A stretch of DNA of 64,000 bases from Waterburya sp. (GCA_965217895.1 CBDCJV010000002.1:4672001-4736000), one strand, 5' to 3'. Numbered from the stretch's first letter, positions 53,918 to 64,000 are shown. Program-made: numbers and translations. Notes: generated from the letters alone by a model not told the origin.

Positions 53918-54907
53918 ATGTATACAGAAGTATTTCCACCCTTAAAAGTTGGCATAGTTGGTACTGGATACGCTGCCAGAAAAAGAGCCGAGGCATTAAT
54001 AGCTGACAAGCGCACCGAACTAGTAGCTGTGACAGGAAATACCCCTGAAAGGTTAAAAGAGTTTTGCCAATCTTTTGCTGTAGAAGCAATAGATTCTTGG
54101 ACAAGATTAATTGATTTGCCTGAACTAGATCTGATTATCGTTTGTACGATCAATCGGGATTGCGGAGTGATCGCTAAAGGAGCTATATTAGCAGGAAAGC
54201 ACGTAGTCGTAGAATATCCTTTGGTTTTAGATGCCAAAGAAGCTCAAGAGATTATAGAACTTGCTGAATCTCGTCGAAAGTTACTCCACGTTGAGCATAT
54301 AGAAATCATTGGCGGACTGCATCAAGCTGTCAAACAATGTTTGCCACAAATAGGCAAAGTTTTTTACGCTCGTTACTCGACAATTCGCGCCGAACATCCT
54401 GTTAGCCGTAGCTGGAAATATCACCGAGCCATGTTTGGTTTTCCTTTAGCAGCAGCATTATCGAGGATTCATCGCCTGACAGATTTGTTTGGCACAGTGG
54501 AAGCGGTAGCTTGTCAAAACCGTTATTGGGATATACCAGGTTCAGACTACTTTACTGCTTGTCTGTGTAATGCTCAGTTAAATTTTCATAGCGGTATCGT
54601 GGCAGAAATTGTCTATGGTAAAGGGGATGTTTTTTGGCAAAGCGATCGCCTTTTAGAAATTTATGGCGAAAACGGATCTATCGTTTTTACAGGGGAAAAA
54701 GGAACGTTAACCGTGGAGGGAAATAAAACAGCAATTCCCGTTACTCCTCGCCGTGGTTTATTTGCCCAAGATACAGATATGGTTTTAAATTGCCTGTTAA
54801 ATCAGCAACCTTTATATATTCAACCCCAAGCTAGTCTTTATGCTTTGCAAGTGGCGAACGCTGCTTTAAAATCTTCCCGTCTACACCAAACAGTTCATCT
54901 TAATTAA
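53918..54907 (+). CDS. bvdR: Biliverdin reductase (Gfo/Idh/MocA family)
   Basis: VGIVGTGYAA, KHVVVEYPL, LLHVEHIE and ALSRIHRL motifs. Confidence 0.82.
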   Translation: MYTEVFPPLKVGIVGTGYAARKRAEALIADKRTELVAVTGNTPERLKEFCQSFAVEAIDSWTRLIDLPELDLIIVCTINRDCGVIAKGAILAGKHVVVEYPLVLDAKEAQEIIELAESRRKLLHVEHIEIIGGLHQAVKQCLPQIGKVFYARYSTIRAEHPVSRSWKYHRAMFGFPLAAALSRIHRLTDLFGTVEAVACQNRYWDIPGSDYFTACLCNAQLNFHSGIVAEIVYGKGDVFWQSDRLLEIYGENGSIVFTGEKGTLTVEGNKTAIPVTPRRGLFAQDTDMVLNCLLNQQPLYIQPQASLYALQVANAALKSSRLHQTVHLN

Positions 54908-54931
54908 GTTATAAGAAAGCAAAAATAAAGA

Positions 54932-55375
54932 TCAACGATTTAAGTAATTTACTAAAGCCTGCAACCCTAAACGATAGCTATCTGCACCAAAACCGCTGAT
55001 TTGACCGACTACAACAGGTGCAAGGTAAGAATAATGCCTAAACTCTTCTCTGGTGTAAATATTGCTTAAATGCACTTCTACAGTTGGTATCTGCACAGCG
55101 GCGATCGCATCTCGAATAGCCACGCTGGTGTGAGTGTAAGCTCCTGCATTAATGACAATTCCCTGACGTGTTAATCTGGCATCATGTATCGCATCTACCA
55201 GTACACCTTCATGATTAGACTGCAAGCAGTCAATACTAACCTGCAGTTTTTGAGCGTCTAAATCCAGAGCTTGATTAATCTGCTCTATGGTGGTCGAGCC
55301 GTATATTCCAGGTTCGCGAAGTCCTAATAAATTTAAGTTAGGACCATGCAGAACTAGTACGCTTATTTCAGGCAC
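54932..55375 (-). CDS. aroQ: Type II 3-dehydroquinate dehydratase
   Basis: [17 protein letters not shown] and EVHLSN motifs. Confidence 0.96.
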   Translation of the reverse strand: MPEISVLVLHGPNLNLLGLREPGIYGSTTIEQINQALDLDAQKLQVSIDCLQSNHEGVLVDAIHDARLTRQGIVINAGAYTHTSVAIRDAIAAVQIPTVEVHLSNIYTREEFRHYSYLAPVVVGQISGFGADSYRLGLQALVNYLNR

Positions 55376-55407
55376 AGCTTGTTACATAATTAAGCTTGAA
55401 CAGTTAA

Positions 55408-55551
55408 TTAACGATAACGATGACGTTGACGATCATCAACTGGAACAGGAATCGCTTCTCTTTCATGCTCAGCTTCTGGTCCTAGCAACATTTCAATTAA
55501 CTTTTGAGCTATGTCTCTTAATTTGTCAAGTAATTGTTCTATATAGTCCAT
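55408..55551 (-). CDS. 47-aa small protein
   Basis: MDYIEQLLDKLRDIAQKLIEMLLGPEAEHEREAIPVPVDDRQRHRYR with an AAGGAG RBS; co-oriented with and upstream of aroQ. Confidence 0.7.
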   Translation of the reverse strand: MDYIEQLLDKLRDIAQKLIEMLLGPEAEHEREAIPVPVDDRQRHRYR

Positions 55552-55888
55552 CGGATAAACAGCTCCTTCAGGAAAACCTTAAATACTACTTATTTTTTCA
55601 TCTTTGCCCAGAGGCAATGAAGCCTCTACCGTTTTGCATACCACAAACGGGCTATAGGCTTTAACTTTTACATTCTAACAAATTCCTTAACGATTCATTT
55701 TATACGCAGGAAATGAAGTTTTAAAAAAGTTACTAGATCAAGGTTAACACAAGCTGAGGTTATGAGTATATATTCTCACCTTAAATCAATGCCTTCTTAA
55801 GATTCTCATAATTATTGCTTACCTCGATCTTGAGTAAAATTAGCAAACTCAAAACAACGTCAGTTTAGGTTAAGACAATTCTATTAAT

Positions 55889-56794
55889 CTATTCGTAACC
55901 CAACTGACGAGCGATGGTTATAACATCAGGAATAAAACCCTTTTTATCTTGACGCCAGTCCAAAGGGCCATCTAAAGACCCTGTAGATGCTCTGGGTCTG
56001 GACTTAAAAATAGGCGAGTGGAGAAAATTAGGATCGTTACCTAATGGTGCGCCATAAGGACCCAAACAAGCATAGGGAGAATTCTGTGGTTGCAGCATAC
56101 ACTCTAAAGATGCTTCATCATTATCCCATCCCATCCACTCTGATATCTCCTTAAAGTACAGTTTAGGATTTTCCATGATGTCTTCTCCTTGCAAATGCTT
56201 TTTTCTTGACTCTGGAATTGTTTTGAGAAACTCTAAAATAGTTCGTTGAATTTTTACCCACGCATATTGAGGATCTAATGTTGGCGGATCTGTGGAGTAG
56301 TCAATAGCATTAAATAGAATCGTCATTTTTCCATCAGCAATTTTCATCATCGAATTGCCTTGGGCTCTAGGATGACGAGTAATATACAAAAAGCGTGATT
56401 CAGGAAATGTCTGATTCATACGTTCGAGGGCATTGTAGTTAAATGAATAAGCTGGACTCTTATCGACCACCTGTTGCGGAAAAACTTGGCGACAAAGCTC
56501 AGTATAAAAATCTCCTGAATATGAGTCTTGATGCTCAATGTAAAAACGTTTGGCAGTAATAATCGAATCTAGAGTTTGCTCCCCAGTATAGAGCTGAGCA
56601 ATAGTTCTCATAATACCGTGCAGTTGAAACGAAGAACTACCTGTTCTAGATCGGACAAATTCCCCCAATGTATCAGCTAGAAAGAGGTTGAGTTCAGGAA
56701 CCCCGTAGGCTTGAGGATGTTGCCCAATCATGGCACACAATAGTGACGTAAATGAGCGAGGAGCAGCCAAAATGAAGAGAGGATGTCTAATCAT
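55889..56794 (-). CDS. PAPS-dependent sulfotransferase
   Basis: 5'-PSB-like FILAAPRSFTSLL, VDKSP, and 3'-PB-like YITRHPRAQGNS. Confidence 0.88.
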   Translation of the reverse strand: MIRHPLFILAAPRSFTSLLCAMIGQHPQAYGVPELNLFLADTLGEFVRSRTGSSSFQLHGIMRTIAQLYTGEQTLDSIITAKRFYIEHQDSYSGDFYTELCRQVFPQQVVDKSPAYSFNYNALERMNQTFPESRFLYITRHPRAQGNSMMKIADGKMTILFNAIDYSTDPPTLDPQYAWVKIQRTILEFLKTIPESRKKHLQGEDIMENPKLYFKEISEWMGWDNDEASLECMLQPQNSPYACLGPYGAPLGNDPNFLHSPIFKSRPRASTGSLDGPLDWRQDKKGFIPDVITIARQLGYE

Positions 56795-56814
56795 ACGTTA
56801 TTAACAAGGGAAAC

Positions 56815-58188
56815 TTAGGGAATCCATGACCAAACTTCTACTTGAAAAAATCTGACGAGAGGTCTTGTGAAAACAACAATTGCAGGCATTCTTTCACCCT
56901 CAATCTTAGCATGACCTGTCATACCTGTTTTTAAGAGCCTATCTAAATTTGGTAGTTCGACTATCACATTGACATAACGATTATTTAATTCTTCTGTAGT
57001 TGTTGGTTCTATAGAAATAACCTTTCCTTTTATTTTTTGGTCGGGATAAGCTAGCAACTTAACGGTGACGGTTTCGTTAATGTCAAATTGCCCAACATCG
57101 GTTTCGGCAATCCGCATCTGGGCGCGAGCATTGCGATCGTCTTCGCTCGTTGCAAAAGTATTTCCTTGTTCAATATAAGTGCCAACTTTTTGGTCTAGAA
57201 ACGGCGTGATTATACGACCATCAAAAGGCATATTCAAAGTATCAAGTACAAGCTGCTTTTTAGTACTCTCAAGGTCTGTCTTAGTTTCTCGCAGTTTTGA
57301 TTCGGCAATTTCTACAGTATGACGAGCGGACTGTATTTCATCAGGATGAGGACCGCTTAAAGTCAGACTAAGCATAGAATTTTTTTCCATTACTGCCTTT
57401 TCTTGAGTTTTGACATTTAGTCTTGCCTCCTCTACTTTTTCCTTCATAACTTTAACATCTGAAGCTGCTTCGGCAACTTTGTCCTGGGCAACTTGGGCTT
57501 CTCTTTGGGCATCGTCATAATCCTGCGCAGAAACTACCCCCTCGTCAGCAAGTTCTTTCTGGCGCAAAGCTTCCTTTGATTTAAATTTTTCTGATGAGAC
57601 TTCAACTTGAAGCGTTTTCTCGGCTAAATCTACTTCTCTTTGACTAACTTTAAGTTTTTGCTTGGCAACTTCGAGATCATCTTCTGCTTCTGTTAATTGC
57701 GCTTGAGAAACATCTACTTCTTCTTTTCTAGGAGTTGATAATAATTTATTTAAATTGGACTTTTCTTTGGCTAAATTTGCTTCTTGGCTCTCAATATTTT
57801 CTTGAATAATAGAGAGATCATCTTTGATAGGCGTAGCTGGATTAAGTTGGTGTGAAGGCTCAATTTTAGCAATTACAGTACCCTTCTTAATCCAGGCACC
57901 ATCTCCGCCGACAGTAGAAACTTCAGTAATTCTGCCAGATATGTCTGCCTGAATTTCTTTCTGTTTCGGTGGCAAAAGCTCAATTTTACCGCCAGGATTA
58001 TATTTGTAAGGTATTATACAAACAACAGCAAACCCAAGAGCAAACCACAAAATATTATAATTAAATTTTTTTAGCTGCTTGGTTTGAGGCGAATAGACGA
58101 TATCTCCTTTGACTCTTGGTGGAGATAGATTGGAATTGCTTGGAGTTGTCAACGAATTTTTTTTGCCGTTTTCATTTTGAGGATTCAT
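56815..58188 (-). CDS. HlyD-family membrane fusion (adaptor) protein
   Basis: N-terminal TM, lipoyl-like halves (ADISGRI, MPFDGRI), long coiled coil, LKTGMTG. Confidence 0.88.
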   Translation of the reverse strand: MNPQNENGKKNSLTTPSNSNLSPPRVKGDIVYSPQTKQLKKFNYNILWFALGFAVVCIIPYKYNPGGKIELLPPKQKEIQADISGRITEVSTVGGDGAWIKKGTVIAKIEPSHQLNPATPIKDDLSIIQENIESQEANLAKEKSNLNKLLSTPRKEEVDVSQAQLTEAEDDLEVAKQKLKVSQREVDLAEKTLQVEVSSEKFKSKEALRQKELADEGVVSAQDYDDAQREAQVAQDKVAEAASDVKVMKEKVEEARLNVKTQEKAVMEKNSMLSLTLSGPHPDEIQSARHTVEIAESKLRETKTDLESTKKQLVLDTLNMPFDGRIITPFLDQKVGTYIEQGNTFATSEDDRNARAQMRIAETDVGQFDINETVTVKLLAYPDQKIKGKVISIEPTTTEELNNRYVNVIVELPNLDRLLKTGMTGHAKIEGERMPAIVVFTRPLVRFFQVEVWSWIP

Positions 58189-59464
58189 GACGATACCATC
58201 TTAAAATAAGGGCTAATAGCAAACAGAACAAAACAACACCTGTACCTTGAAATTGCTTTTCCAATAGGGTGGCGATAGGAATAGCAAGACTAATGATTAT
58301 TGAAGTTATTAATAAGACAAATAATATGACGTAGGAGTATAGTACAATTTTTTCTCGTCCCAATAATTTTTTGGGTAATGGGCGACGTGCCAATGTCATA
58401 GCTCCAACCTGCATTGCACGGTCATAAAGCCGATATATATTGAAATATGTTGTTAACCACAGATAGCCATTAGAGGATTTCCAAAAGGGACTTAGATCGA
58501 TGAGCAAGCCAATCATTGCAGATTGTGAGAACGTTAATACTAAAGTCGTTAAACCACTCTGAGTAGCTCTGGTGAGAAACCAAGTTAAAATACAAAGGCT
58601 GAATAAACTCAAGCGGTAGAAAATAGGAGCAGAAAATATGCTTAGCTTTGCTGTCCTGCTTAATTTTTTAATTCCTTGTTTATTGATATAAAACAAAGGA
58701 AAAAATCCAAACTCTAATTTACAGCCAAAATCACCAACTTTTCCTCCATGAAATATTATTGTTACTCCCTGTACAACCTTACTACTCATGTTGACCAAAA
58801 GTAAACTCAGGGTCAATCTTTGAAAAAAAGGTAGATTTTTAATGAAAAAATTAAGGTCAAGTATAAAATCTGAAGAGTTATATAGTAGGGTTAATATTGA
58901 GAGAATAAATACGGGAAGAAATAACCAGATAGACAGCAGCAAGTAAAATGGTTGAGAAACAATCAACAGCGTCTTAAATAAAGGATCTGGATTAAAAAGT
59001 GAAAACTTATACTGTTCGTTTTTCTTTTGTTCCTGATTATTGCTGTGCTGATTTTCAAATTTAGAGACAAGGCTGTTGGCATAATTTTGATAAGTTTTGC
59101 TCGGTTCGTCGTCAATCTTGTCTGTCGAAAATTGGGTAGAACCATGATTGTCCTGAACAGCACTCAAAACAGGTTCTCGGTGATAAGTTTCTAATAAGTC
59201 TGATTCATCTAGAAAAGTCGAAAAGAACTTAAATTCTGATGATTCTAATCGATAGTTGAACTTTTCTTCAAACCTGCTTATTATTTCTGTTGGTGTTAGA
59301 TTACCATTCATCAATAGACAAATATAAATTTCTTCAGGAACAAACTCAAATATTTGTTTGGATGATGGATTTTTAACGAAATAGCTAATGGCATCATTTC
59401 CTGCATCCGTATTCAATACAACAGTAAGATCTTGTCGAAAACGGTTATAGTTTGGTCTATACAT
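58172..59464 (-). CDS. Membrane protein: PqqD/RRE-like N-terminal domain + M50-peptidase-like TM domain lacking catalytic motifs
   Basis: YFVKNPSS..FEF..EE..I..LMNG N-terminus. TM region has KLSIFSAP and DLSPFWKSSNGY; no HExxH. Confidence 0.65.
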   Translation of the reverse strand: MYRPNYNRFRQDLTVVLNTDAGNDAISYFVKNPSSKQIFEFVPEEIYICLLMNGNLTPTEIISRFEEKFNYRLESSEFKFFSTFLDESDLLETYHREPVLSAVQDNHGSTQFSTDKIDDEPSKTYQNYANSLVSKFENQHSNNQEQKKNEQYKFSLFNPDPLFKTLLIVSQPFYLLLSIWLFLPVFILSILTLLYNSSDFILDLNFFIKNLPFFQRLTLSLLLVNMSSKVVQGVTIIFHGGKVGDFGCKLEFGFFPLFYINKQGIKKLSRTAKLSIFSAPIFYRLSLFSLCILTWFLTRATQSGLTTLVLTFSQSAMIGLLIDLSPFWKSSNGYLWLTTYFNIYRLYDRAMQVGAMTLARRPLPKKLLGREKIVLYSYVILFVLLITSIIISLAIPIATLLEKQFQGTGVVLFCLLLALILRWYRHESSK

Positions 59465-59498
59465 TTAATTCATCTTCAGAACAAGTAATTATCAAAGA

Positions 59499-62400
59499 CT
59501 AATTTGAATCAATGGTGGATAGAATAGGCGGATTACAAAATCCAAATATTTCGCCATTTTCATTACAGCCAAAACTAATCGCGGGCATATTAGTAATTTC
59601 TTCGATTTGCGGGCAACGAGCATAGATCGTTCCTGCCGAAGTCGAGAGAATTTCAATATCAACAGGAGCAAGAGCAAGTTGAAAATATTTCTCTGCCCAC
59701 TCGCGGATTCCATCTTTGACTGTAATAATTCCTAGAAGCCAATTTACCTGCTCAAGACCTTTATCTGGCAGCTGATACCAGTAATCTCTTTCGGCAGTAT
59801 TAAGAATTAGATGAGCTAATACTCTTTTCCAAATTCCCCAAGAGTCATTCAAAAACCTTTCGGAAAAAGGTTCAATTCGGCGACAAACATATCCTGATTT
59901 ACTCGAAGCACAAGAATTAGACAGATATGCAGTTGTAGGATGTAATCGACATTCATAGTAGCGAAGAGGAACTCGATAATATCGGTCTTGCCAACCTGAT
60001 AAACGAGCAATTACCTGACCATCTTGGTCAAAAAAGTCAAAATTTGCTGTTGTCTGTGAATCGCTCACAAATTCGATAAATCCTCTACAGATAACAACGC
60101 TTCCAGCAGCTAAAGGAGGTCGATACTGCTGAAAAGCAGTTACTCTAAAAGGAAATACATTAAAATCTGGCTCAGACTGTTCTAATACCCAATAACCTAC
60201 CAATTGCCCAGCAGCATCCAGTAAGCCAGGGTCAATTTGGAAAATAGGCGGAGGTGATGTTTGAAAAAAATCATCAATCTCGATAACCTTCAACTCAGCT
60301 TCAATTTCTTGTTTATTCCAGCCTCTTATGTGTGTTACTCCTTGAAAACGAGGACCATGGAACATACCCGTTTGATATAGTTGGCTATCAGACCAACGAG
60401 AGGCTGTCCAAGAATCATAGGTAAACGCCATCGGTGAAGGTGGATTTGGAAACTGAACTGCCAAGTTAACCGTACCTTCAAACACCAAATGGCGATCGAC
60501 AACATCGTTATTGGTATATTGAAAGAATTTGACCTGGACTTTAGAGCTGTGGGATTCTTGTTCAGAGAGTCTTTGAGCCTCAATACCTAACAGTAAGGCA
60601 TCGCGATCTAGACTTAACCAACGATATCCCCGCATATTTTCCATGCCGATTACTACATACTGATTATCTGTTAAGTAAACCGCTGCTTCGGCTATTACTT
60701 CCAAACTTACCGTAAATGGTATGACTGGTAAAGGATTTAGCTCAGGATGGAAATTAGATAATTTTCCACCTATGGTGTGATCGTAGAGAAAAATATCTTC
60801 TTCTAGGGTGAATAATCTTTCACTATAAAAAAATCCGTCACCCTGCTGTCGAATCTGACCTATGAGAGGAAAAGGATTTACTCTATTACTATGCTCGATG
60901 TTTGTGCTAGTTGACTTTTCACTTGCGCGATCTTCAATTGAATTATCTGGCTGGCTAAATATATGGTTGTCAAAGAGCTGACTAGAAATGCGGCTATGAC
61001 TGTCTAGAAAAGTACGCATTAAGTCAAAGTGCTGATGAATAAAAGACAGTTGACCTGCATCTGAAACACTTAGATCGGGATTTGATACTTCAAAACTTGA
61101 TAAGCTGCCAGATTCAAGACTAGATAAAGGAGCTGATTGGGGCGATCGCAAATCCGTCTCTAAATCTGCCTCTAAATAATTGCCACTAGGAAGTGGATTA
61201 TCAATCAATTGTTCTTTAGGCTGAGATGAATTTGACAGAGAATTGAGTGGAATAGGTGCAGAAGAATTTGAAATAACTTCTCTTCGTCCTAATACTTTAG
61301 CCCGAACCTCTTCTACGAATTCTGGAGAGAGACTCATGACTGGCATAGTTAAATCAAGAATGCAACTATTAGGCTGCTTCTTATCTAGCTTTGCCGATTT
61401 TGAGAGTTCCCAATCTAAGTAATTTAAATTCCGATGTTGGTAGAGGGGACTAAAATTTAATGATGCTCCATGAACAAACAAAGATGCTAGTAAGTTTTGT
61501 AATTGAGCCAAACCAGACTTGCGTTGATGATTACTTGATAGTGCTAGATATTCTTGTTTGCGTAGAACATCATTGACAAAGCCCGTTAGATTGCTGCTTG
61601 GACCGACCTCGACAAAAGTGCGAATACCTTCATTATGGAAAAGGGTTTCAATTGTCTGAGAAAATCTTACGCAATTAGACCATTGTTGAGCTGCTAATGC
61701 TCTAATTTCTGCTGGCTCCTCGGAAAAATAATCAGCTTTGACACAAGAATAAAGACGAATATTACCTGAACCAACTTTAATAGCATCATAAAAAGATTGG
61801 AATGCTTGGCTGACATTTTTAAACAAAGGAGTATGATAAGCTCGATCAAAAGGCAAAAGACTACATATTCCGCCGACTGCTTTAACCTTGTCTATTGTCA
61901 ACTCAATATCAGCTTGACTACCAAAAATAATAGCTTGGTTGGGACAATTGTGCATAGCTAAGTGTATGCGTCCTGAAAATTCTCCTAGAAGTTGCTGCAA
62001 AAACTCAGAAGAAACTGCTCCAACAGAAAGTAACGCACCTTTGGGAATAGCATCTTCGCCTGCTAGATTTTGATAAATCTGATTAAGGTGCTGCATCATG
62101 GTGCTTAGCTCTTCTTTGTTCTCCAACTTAATGGTGTTCGAGGCCACTAATGCAGTACTTTCTCCCGTGCTATGACCTACGGCAATTTTTCCCTTAACAC
62201 CCAATGAAGTTAAAAGTTCATGGAGTGCAAGGCTGGCAATAAAAACTGTTTCTGAGGCCAAATCCATGCTGAATAGTTTTTGCTGAGCTTGTAGTTGTTC
62301 CTCCGATGTCAAATTGATCGATGGAGGGGGAAAAATAAAACTGCTAGGGGGTGAATCTCTTTGTTCACCAAAGGTTCGATCTAGAAAATCAAACCAAGCG

Positions 62401-64000
62401 CGAACTTGAGGAAAATATAGACAAAGATCTGCCAACATATTCGGATACTGAGAACCTTCTCCTGGGAATAATAAAGCTGTCTTTTCCGAGTTTGCCAGAG
62501 AGCTTCCTTGGGCAAAATATATACTGCCACGGGTTTTAAGAGGTTGCCGACTATGATCTGCTAATTTACTTAGTATTTGCTTGATTTTCTTTTGGCAATC
62601 TTCTTGGTCGCTAACCACTAGAGCAAGGCGATACTGACCTCGATCTGAAATATTAGTAGCTAAAGTATAGGCAAGGTCGGCCAAGGAAAAATCTAGCTGG
62701 TTAAGCATAAATTCTTGTAGCTTCTCCACTTGGGAATGAAGAGATTCTAGGTCTTGAGCTTGAAACATCAGTAGCTCTGAAGTCCAAGTTTTATGCAGCT
62801 GTTCTAAAGGCTTAGATTTAGTGCCAGTATATTCTTCGACTATAGCGTGGGTATTTACTCCTCCAAATCCGAAGGAGTTAACGCCAGCTCTTCTTGGTGA
62901 GTCGGTCTTTCCATGAATCCAAGGACGAGTCTCAGTATTGATGTAGAAGGGAGTTTTATGAATCTCTAGTTCTGGATTGATCTCCTCACACAAAGTCGGA
63001 GGTAAAACTTTATGATATAGAGCTAAAACAACCTTAATTAAACTTGCAGAGCCTGCTGCGGGAATACAGTGTCCGATCATAGATTTGACTGAACCTACAG
63101 CACAGGTTGGTAATGGACTAGTGCGCGAGCCAAATAATTGGCTTAGTGATTTAAATTCAGTTTGATCTCCTAAAGGAATTCCCGTTCCATGAGCCTCAAT
63201 TAGCCCCACTGACTTTGGATCTACTTTGCTGCTAGTATAAGCTCGCTCTAAAGCAATGACTTCTCCCTCCATGCGTGGTGCCAAAAGTCCTAGAGCTTTG
63301 CCGTCACTTGATGAACCTACGCCCTTTAATAAAGCGTATATTCTATCGTTGTCCCGTTCAGCATCTGCCAAGCGTTTTAAAACTAAAATTCCCATTCCTT
63401 CCCCTAGCAAAGTGCCATCTCCATTACTGCTAAAAGGTCTTAGCTTGCCATGGGATAATGCTTTAAGCATACAAAAGACCATGTTGATTTGAGGCGGAGT
63501 CGAGGCATGAACTCCACCTGTCAACATCAAATCACAGCGATCGCTTTGCAGTTCTCTGATCGCTGCATCTACTGCTACTAAAGACGAGGAACAGGCTGCA
63601 TCAACAATATAGTTAGGGCCTTTAAAATCTAAACGATTGGCAATACGTCCAGTAATAACGTTAGGCACAAATCCTGGAGCTACTTCAGCGGTAAAGGGAG
63701 GCAAAGAAGATTTGAGATGACTGCGAATTTGTCCTAATAGATTCCGATCTAGCTCTGGCAGAAGCTGATGCAATATATCTAAGGTTTGATCGACAATTTG
63801 TCCATGCTGTAGCAAATTATCATAGCCACGATTGACGTATGTTCCTCGCCCCAGAATAATTCCTGTCCGCTCTCGGTTAAAATCTTTGTCTAAGTAACCT
63901 GCATCTTGGAGAGCTTGGGAAGCCAAGCGGAGAGCTAAAAAGTGATCTGGCTCACCTCCATCTATAGAGTTTGGCATAATACCAAAGTCTAAGGGATTGA
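59499..64000 (-). CDS. Type I polyketide synthase KS-AT-DH with PPTase-like C-terminal region (5' end outside window)
   Basis: KS DAACSSS/HGTG/GHCIP; AT GHSTG and RAYH; DH HTIGG...P and DAAGQ. The frame stays open to the window edge. Confidence 0.92.
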   Translation of the reverse strand, partial: NPLDFGIMPNSIDGGEPDHFLALRLASQALQDAGYLDKDFNRERTGIILGRGTYVNRGYDNLLQHGQIVDQTLDILHQLLPELDRNLLGQIRSHLKSSLPPFTAEVAPGFVPNVITGRIANRLDFKGPNYIVDAACSSSLVAVDAAIRELQSDRCDLMLTGGVHASTPPQINMVFCMLKALSHGKLRPFSSNGDGTLLGEGMGILVLKRLADAERDNDRIYALLKGVGSSSDGKALGLLAPRMEGEVIALERAYTSSKVDPKSVGLIEAHGTGIPLGDQTEFKSLSQLFGSRTSPLPTCAVGSVKSMIGHCIPAAGSASLIKVVLALYHKVLPPTLCEEINPELEIHKTPFYINTETRPWIHGKTDSPRRAGVNSFGFGGVNTHAIVEEYTGTKSKPLEQLHKTWTSELLMFQAQDLESLHSQVEKLQEFMLNQLDFSLADLAYTLATNISDRGQYRLALVVSDQEDCQKKIKQILSKLADHSRQPLKTRGSIYFAQGSSLANSEKTALLFPGEGSQYPNMLADLCLYFPQVRAWFDFLDRTFGEQRDSPPSSFIFPPPSINLTSEEQLQAQQKLFSMDLASETVFIASLALHELLTSLGVKGKIAVGHSTGESTALVASNTIKLENKEELSTMMQHLNQIYQNLAGEDAIPKGALLSVGAVSSEFLQQLLGEFSGRIHLAMHNCPNQAIIFGSQADIELTIDKVKAVGGICSLLPFDRAYHTPLFKNVSQAFQSFYDAIKVGSGNIRLYSCVKADYFSEEPAEIRALAAQQWSNCVRFSQTIETLFHNEGIRTFVEVGPSSNLTGFVNDVLRKQEYLALSSNHQRKSGLAQLQNLLASLFVHGASLNFSPLYQHRNLNYLDWELSKSAKLDKKQPNSCILDLTMPVMSLSPEFVEEVRAKVLGRREVISNSSAPIPLNSLSNSSQPKEQLIDNPLPSGNYLEADLETDLRSPQSAPLSSLESGSLSSFEVSNPDLSVSDAGQLSFIHQHFDLMRTFLDSHSRISSQLFDNHIFSQPDNSIEDRASEKSTSTNIEHSNRVNPFPLIGQIRQQGDGFFYSERLFTLEEDIFLYDHTIGGKLSNFHPELNPLPVIPFTVSLEVIAEAAVYLTDNQYVVIGMENMRGYRWLSLDRDALLLGIEAQRLSEQESHSSKVQVKFFQYTNNDVVDRHLVFEGTVNLAVQFPNPPSPMAFTYDSWTASRWSDSQLYQTGMFHGPRFQGVTHIRGWNKQEIEAELKVIEIDDFFQTSPPPIFQIDPGLLDAAGQLVGYWVLEQSEPDFNVFPFRVTAFQQYRPPLAAGSVVICRGFIEFVSDSQTTANFDFFDQDGQVIARLSGWQDRYYRVPLRYYECRLHPTTAYLSNSCASSKSGYVCRRIEPFSERFLNDSWGIWKRVLAHLILNTAERDYWYQLPDKGLEQVNWLLGIITVKDGIREWAEKYFQLALAPVDIEILSTSAGTIYARCPQIEEITNMPAISFGCNENGEIFGFCNPPILSTIDSN

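Noticed and set aside
55287..55664. 125-aa plus-strand ORF
   Set aside because: It is antisense to aroQ and to a better-supported 47-aa minus-strand ORF with an RBS.

Overview
AT-rich cyanobacterial chromosome segment, identified by abundant HIP1 octamers (GCGATCGC), heptamer tandem repeats and photosynthesis genes. The core genes are chlH, chlP, pheS, apcD, CP12, glmM, hemJ, psaK, carB, a UvrD-type helicase, valS, pyrD, gcvH/gcvP, petF, bvdR and aroQ. The 5' end of a probable nirA, with a canonical NtcA+NtcB promoter, lies at the left edge. Accessory or unusual elements: (1) an island at the chlH 3' end, marked by two extra copies of the chlH tail that each start at a HIP1-derived GATCGC and follow a hicB tail, and carrying a methyltransferase-like/AlkB gene pair; (2) a tRNA-Arg(CCU) gene split by a 274-nt group I intron, which the ORF track cannot show; (3) a 1452-aa PstS-like/TM/acidic-repeat protein; (4) a HIP1-punctuated TA/RM island (38.8-43.1 kb) in which a PIN toxin, HicA and a HaeII-like endonuclease are each inactivated while their antidote genes stay intact; (5) several MITE/SDR-type micro-elements, one of them nested; (6) two small unannotated ORFs; (7) the distal end of a cryptic cluster at the right edge (KS-AT-DH type I PKS with a PPTase-like tail, a PqqD/M50-like pseudo-peptidase membrane protein, a HlyD adaptor and a sulfotransferase). 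All family calls come from motif recognition only; no database searches were run.
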